Source: a virus (Duplodnaviria; Caudoviricetes). From it: 64,000 nucleotides of DNA. Both the position numbers and the translations under genes were made by a program. The first letter of the stretch is position 1; every line of letters begins with the position of its first letter. The notes below the pieces were generated by a model. The model saw only the letters and a program-made list of their open reading frames with translations. It ran no database searches and was not told the origin of the DNA. Location of the stretch: the IMG/VR virus record IMGVR_UViG_3300006752_000009; one strand, given 5' to 3'. Below are positions 61,316 to 64,000 of this stretch, in pieces.

Positions 61316-62554
61316 TTAACCTTTCTTGATCTTAACCCCATACAGGGTGTTGTTTTCAATGCGATCTACTTCGAGGTTGATGCCACCATAGATGTGGACT
61401 CCCCCTTCAATCTGTACCTCCCCAATACAGATCACATTGTCGTTGGGAGTGAGTTTAAGAGTACCGAGCAGGACATAAGGCTCTGCCGATGATTGTTCTT
61501 CATTTGAGACAAGAGGCTCAACAGGAGGTTGCTCCACTTCCACTTTGGGGATTGGGTTTTGAGCCATTAAGTCATCGCATTCCTCTTGAGTCATAGGTAC
61601 GACCATGTTCTCCTCTGCTGTGGCTTCAATGACAGCAACAAAGCTATCTTCTCGCTCTTGCCTGTTCTTCTTAGCCTTCTTTGGACGACCAGGCTTTGGG
61701 AAGTGTTCCTCAATAACCTCTAAGGTTTCAGCCGACAAGTTATCAAGGCTCAAGCCAAAGATCAGTTTCAAAGCGTAGTTGAGGTTGTTCTTAGCTGTAA
61801 AGTCTCGTAGGTTCGTTCCTAGATAAGCATCTCGCACCCATTGATCAGCGATCATCTTTACTTGACCTCGACCTAAGCTATCCTCTTTGAAAGACTTAAA
61901 GACATCAAGGAGTTTGATGTACGGAGACTTGCCTTTATTGACCATATGGAGAGGTTGAAGGGTTGCCTTTCGACCTTCGAGCGATGCTACACGATTGAGC
62001 ATATTCCGAGTTTCCTCTGAACTCTCTTTGGAGTAGCTGACCCAAAGTCGATCCCACTTGGAGATCATTTTTTTCTTGCCCTCTCGAACCCAAGGCATAC
62101 GCTCATAGGCATCTTTACCGTTAAACACACCCTCATCTTCCATGCCGAGAAGGGGTAATATGAAGGTGTGTTCGCCTAGAAACTCGTTCCAAGTCTCATA
62201 AAGGTCAAGCTCCTCTTGAGTGGTATCGAGGTCGGTGTTTATTGGTAGCTGATAACAGTGTCGTATGTCTGTTTCTGCGATAGCTGTCTTATGACTGCAC
62301 TCGATAAACTTGACATTGGACTTAGTAGCCTCTTGTCTAGCCCAGTTTCTTAAACTGTGGTTGCAGTTGGATTTGAGAACCAACACTAAGTCAGTGTTAG
62401 ATGGGATGTTCTCTCTTCGATCTGCCGACTGATCCCAAGTCTTGTGGTTGCTGATGATGAGCTTTAGCTCTTTGCCGAAACGCTTGTTAAGACGCTCAAC
62501 AAACTTAGAGGCGAACTTAGACTCGCCACCTATAACGAATGTGTTTTGTTGCAT
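61316..62554 (-). CDS. Protein with DUF2325-like N-terminal domain
   Basis: FVIGG..IPSNTDLVLVLKSNCNHSL..A..SNVKFI; GRPKK; C-terminal LGTLKLT..IGEV..DRIENNTLYGV. Confidence 0.55.
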   Translation of the reverse strand: MQQNTFVIGGESKFASKFVERLNKRFGKELKLIISNHKTWDQSADRRENIPSNTDLVLVLKSNCNHSLRNWARQEATKSNVKFIECSHKTAIAETDIRHCYQLPINTDLDTTQEELDLYETWNEFLGEHTFILPLLGMEDEGVFNGKDAYERMPWVREGKKKMISKWDRLWVSYSKESSEETRNMLNRVASLEGRKATLQPLHMVNKGKSPYIKLLDVFKSFKEDSLGRGQVKMIADQWVRDAYLGTNLRDFTAKNNLNYALKLIFGLSLDNLSAETLEVIEEHFPKPGRPKKAKKNRQEREDSFVAVIEATAEENMVVPMTQEECDDLMAQNPIPKVEVEQPPVEPLVSNEEQSSAEPYVLLGTLKLTPNDNVICIGEVQIEGGVHIYGGINLEVDRIENNTLYGVKIKKG

Positions 62555-62594
62555 AATACTCCTTTCGAGAGTCGTTGAAGGTAAGGTACTTATA

Positions 62595-62873
62595 TTATTC
62601 GGACTCGATTACTGCCGAACATTTGCTCGCAAACACCGACCTTCCGTCTGTGGTCAAGAACTTCCACACACCCGACCTGTACACACTAGCGTTTGTAGGG
62701 TGTCGGAGGGTCTGAAAGTTGACCCACCCATTCGGCATCTCGCACGAGATGGTGTAGACCTTACCTGCTTCGACCGAAGTCGATGGTTTGGTTTCGAGAT
62801 GGTTCTCGTATTGTGGGCTTCTTCCACAGCCCACAGCGAGTAAGGCTAAGAGTGTAAAAGTAAGGGCTTTCAT
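62595..62873 (-). CDS. Lipoprotein
   Basis: MKALTFTLLALLAVG-C: positively charged n-region, h-region and lipobox. Confidence 0.8.
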   Translation of the reverse strand: MKALTFTLLALLAVGCGRSPQYENHLETKPSTSVEAGKVYTISCEMPNGWVNFQTLRHPTNASVYRSGVWKFLTTDGRSVFASKCSAVIESE

Positions 62874-62924
62874 GTATAATGTCCTTTCAAGACTATTAAG
62901 AGCAAGATCGCTCGATACTAGACG

Positions 62925-62940
62925 ATAGATAAGGGGTTAC
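62925..62940 (-). promoter_or_regulatory. Class-1 promoter GTAACCCCTTATCTAT
   Basis: 51 nt upstream of ATG 62873. Confidence 0.8.
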
Positions 62941-62942
62941 CC

Positions 62943-63176
62943 ATGTATTATGTTCAGAATAAATCTACAGGACAACCACTCTACTACACGCATAAAGGCA
63001 AGGTAGAGAAGGTCTATTCGCTACGCATCGTGGCAGAAATCGAAGCCGAGAAGGTGGATCAAGCAACTCACTTAAAGACAGCTAGGGTTGATGTCGTTGA
63101 GTTATCTAAGTCAGCTCGTCTATATATGGAGAATCAATCAAGAATGTGTGGTTGTAACCCCTTATCTAGCACTTAG
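62943..63176 (+). CDS. Hypothetical protein
   Basis: 77 aa; no clear SD. Confidence 0.45.
   Translation: MYYVQNKSTGQPLYYTHKGKVEKVYSLRIVAEIEAEKVDQATHLKTARVDVVELSKSARLYMENQSRMCGCNPLSST
63154..63169 (+). promoter_or_regulatory. Class-1 promoter GTAACCCCTTATCTAG
   Basis: 57 nt upstream of ATG 63227. Confidence 0.8.
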
Positions 63177-63226
63177 TGTCGAGGGCAATGAAGCCCACCA
63201 ACTTCCACTCCACTAAGGAGAACGAA

Positions 63227-63784
63227 ATGACAGCAACCCCAACATACATCATCGGTGATCCATGCTACTCTCTGCACACAGTTGAGGCAGAGGGTACTCC
63301 ACACTCTGAGGGTCTTTGGGTCAAGAGCTTCTGCGAGGCTCTTTGGTCTGCTCAAGAAACAGAGGACTTTGACGGACACTTCACCTACATGGGTCATCCC
63401 ATCTTTGTGCATAGCACAGCGTATGGTGATGGTCAGTATGAGGGTAGTGATGGTCGATCTTACTCTGTTGACGCAGGGATCATCGGGGCAATCCCTGTGG
63501 ATCTGATCGAAGATGAGGTCGCTCAAGAGATGCTCAAACAACCTTATGTCCGAACAGTGAGCATGACCAAGAGTCAGCTTAGTAAGGCTGACTACTATGA
63601 TGGTACTTTCACCTTCCACACAAGCGAGGGTCGCCTTGAGATCGAGACTGATCCAGAGGAGGAGTACGAGTGCGAGGACTGTGGCTCAGAGATCAGCGAG
63701 TACGAGTACAACGATGATGGTGTCTGTAAGTGGTGTCGAGCTGACCGAGAGGAGCAGGAGCGAGAGGAGAAAGATGAGGACTAA
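63227..63784 (+). CDS. Conserved phage protein (GDPCY...YGDG...VDAG.IG family) with C-terminal zinc finger
   Basis: Start moved to ATG 63227 (AAGGAG); IGDPCY, TAYGDGQY, VDAGIIG; CEDC..CKWC; very acidic. Confidence 0.7.
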   Translation: MTATPTYIIGDPCYSLHTVEAEGTPHSEGLWVKSFCEALWSAQETEDFDGHFTYMGHPIFVHSTAYGDGQYEGSDGRSYSVDAGIIGAIPVDLIEDEVAQEMLKQPYVRTVSMTKSQLSKADYYDGTFTFHTSEGRLEIETDPEEEYECEDCGSEISEYEYNDDGVCKWCRADREEQEREEKDED

Positions 63785-63795
63785 GGGAGGAAACC

Positions 63796-63811
63796 GTAAC
63801 CCCTTATCTAT
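63796..63811 (+). promoter_or_regulatory. Class-1 promoter GTAACCCCTTATCTAT
   Basis: 51 nt upstream of ATG 63863. Confidence 0.8.
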
Positions 63812-63862
63812 AACCTTACATGAGGAATGAACCTCACCAACTACTCTTACAAGGAGAACAAT

Positions 63863-64000
63863 ATGAGCATGGCTTGGGATCACTATCGTGAAGTAATGGC
63901 TGACAATGGGTACTTTGATGACGATGGACTCGTTCGTGGTCATCTCGCTGACAATGGGTATTACTACGAGGACGGTTATTGGGTATCCACCTTTGTTAAC
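63863..64000 (+). CDS. Small acidic protein, truncated by the window edge (not in the ORF track)
   Basis: MSMAWDHYREVMADNGYFDDDGLVRGHLADNGYYYEDGYWVSTFVN; SD AAGGAG; ADNGY repeated with 16-aa period. Confidence 0.7.
   Translation, partial: MSMAWDHYREVMADNGYFDDDGLVRGHLADNGYYYEDGYWVSTFVN

Noticed and set aside
1-64000. tRNA, rRNA or CRISPR array
   Set aside because: No cloverleaf/T-loop consensus was seen and there is no regularly spaced repeat-spacer array. The GTAACCCCTTA copies are irregularly spaced and gene-oriented. A tRNAscan-SE run would be the formal check.
1-64000. Alternative genetic code (stop-codon reassignment), as seen in some large phages
   Set aside because: ORFs up to 2038 aa are intact under code 11, coding density is high, and TAA, TAG and TGA all end well-supported genes.

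Overview
This is a 64-kb internal segment of a large, probably jumbo-class, dsDNA tailed phage with a contractile tail. It is gene-dense, uses the standard genetic code, and its GC content is roughly 40-45% by eye. The host is probably a diderm bacterium, inferred from a lipoprotein, a beta-signal protein and lytic transglycosylases. A 27-kb minus-strand baseplate/tail module (14287-41375) is flanked by replication and nucleotide genes: family A DNA polymerase, Toprim primase, tdk, AlkB, NUDIX, deaminase, SLX1-like GIY-YIG and thermonuclease. The window also holds three sigma-like genes, a holin/spanin-like pair and clusters of small accessory genes. I found no tRNA, rRNA, CRISPR array, integrase or transposase. 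Structure the ORF track does not explain: (1) ten oriented copies of an invariant GTAACCCCTTA upstream motif, a putative early promoter, one of which drives a DUF1874/AcrIII-1-like ring-nuclease homologue; (2) a second motif, TA-N5-TTTAT, in front of virion/lysis genes and repeatedly coupled to hairpins that bury the ribosome-binding site; (3) an N-terminal RVA(S/T/Y)R(Y/H)..(K/Q/E)A leader shared by otherwise unrelated late proteins, a candidate capsid-targeting or propeptide signal. All family assignments come from motif recognition by eye; no database search was run. Many starts were moved to the first codon with a Shine-Dalgarno (SD) site.
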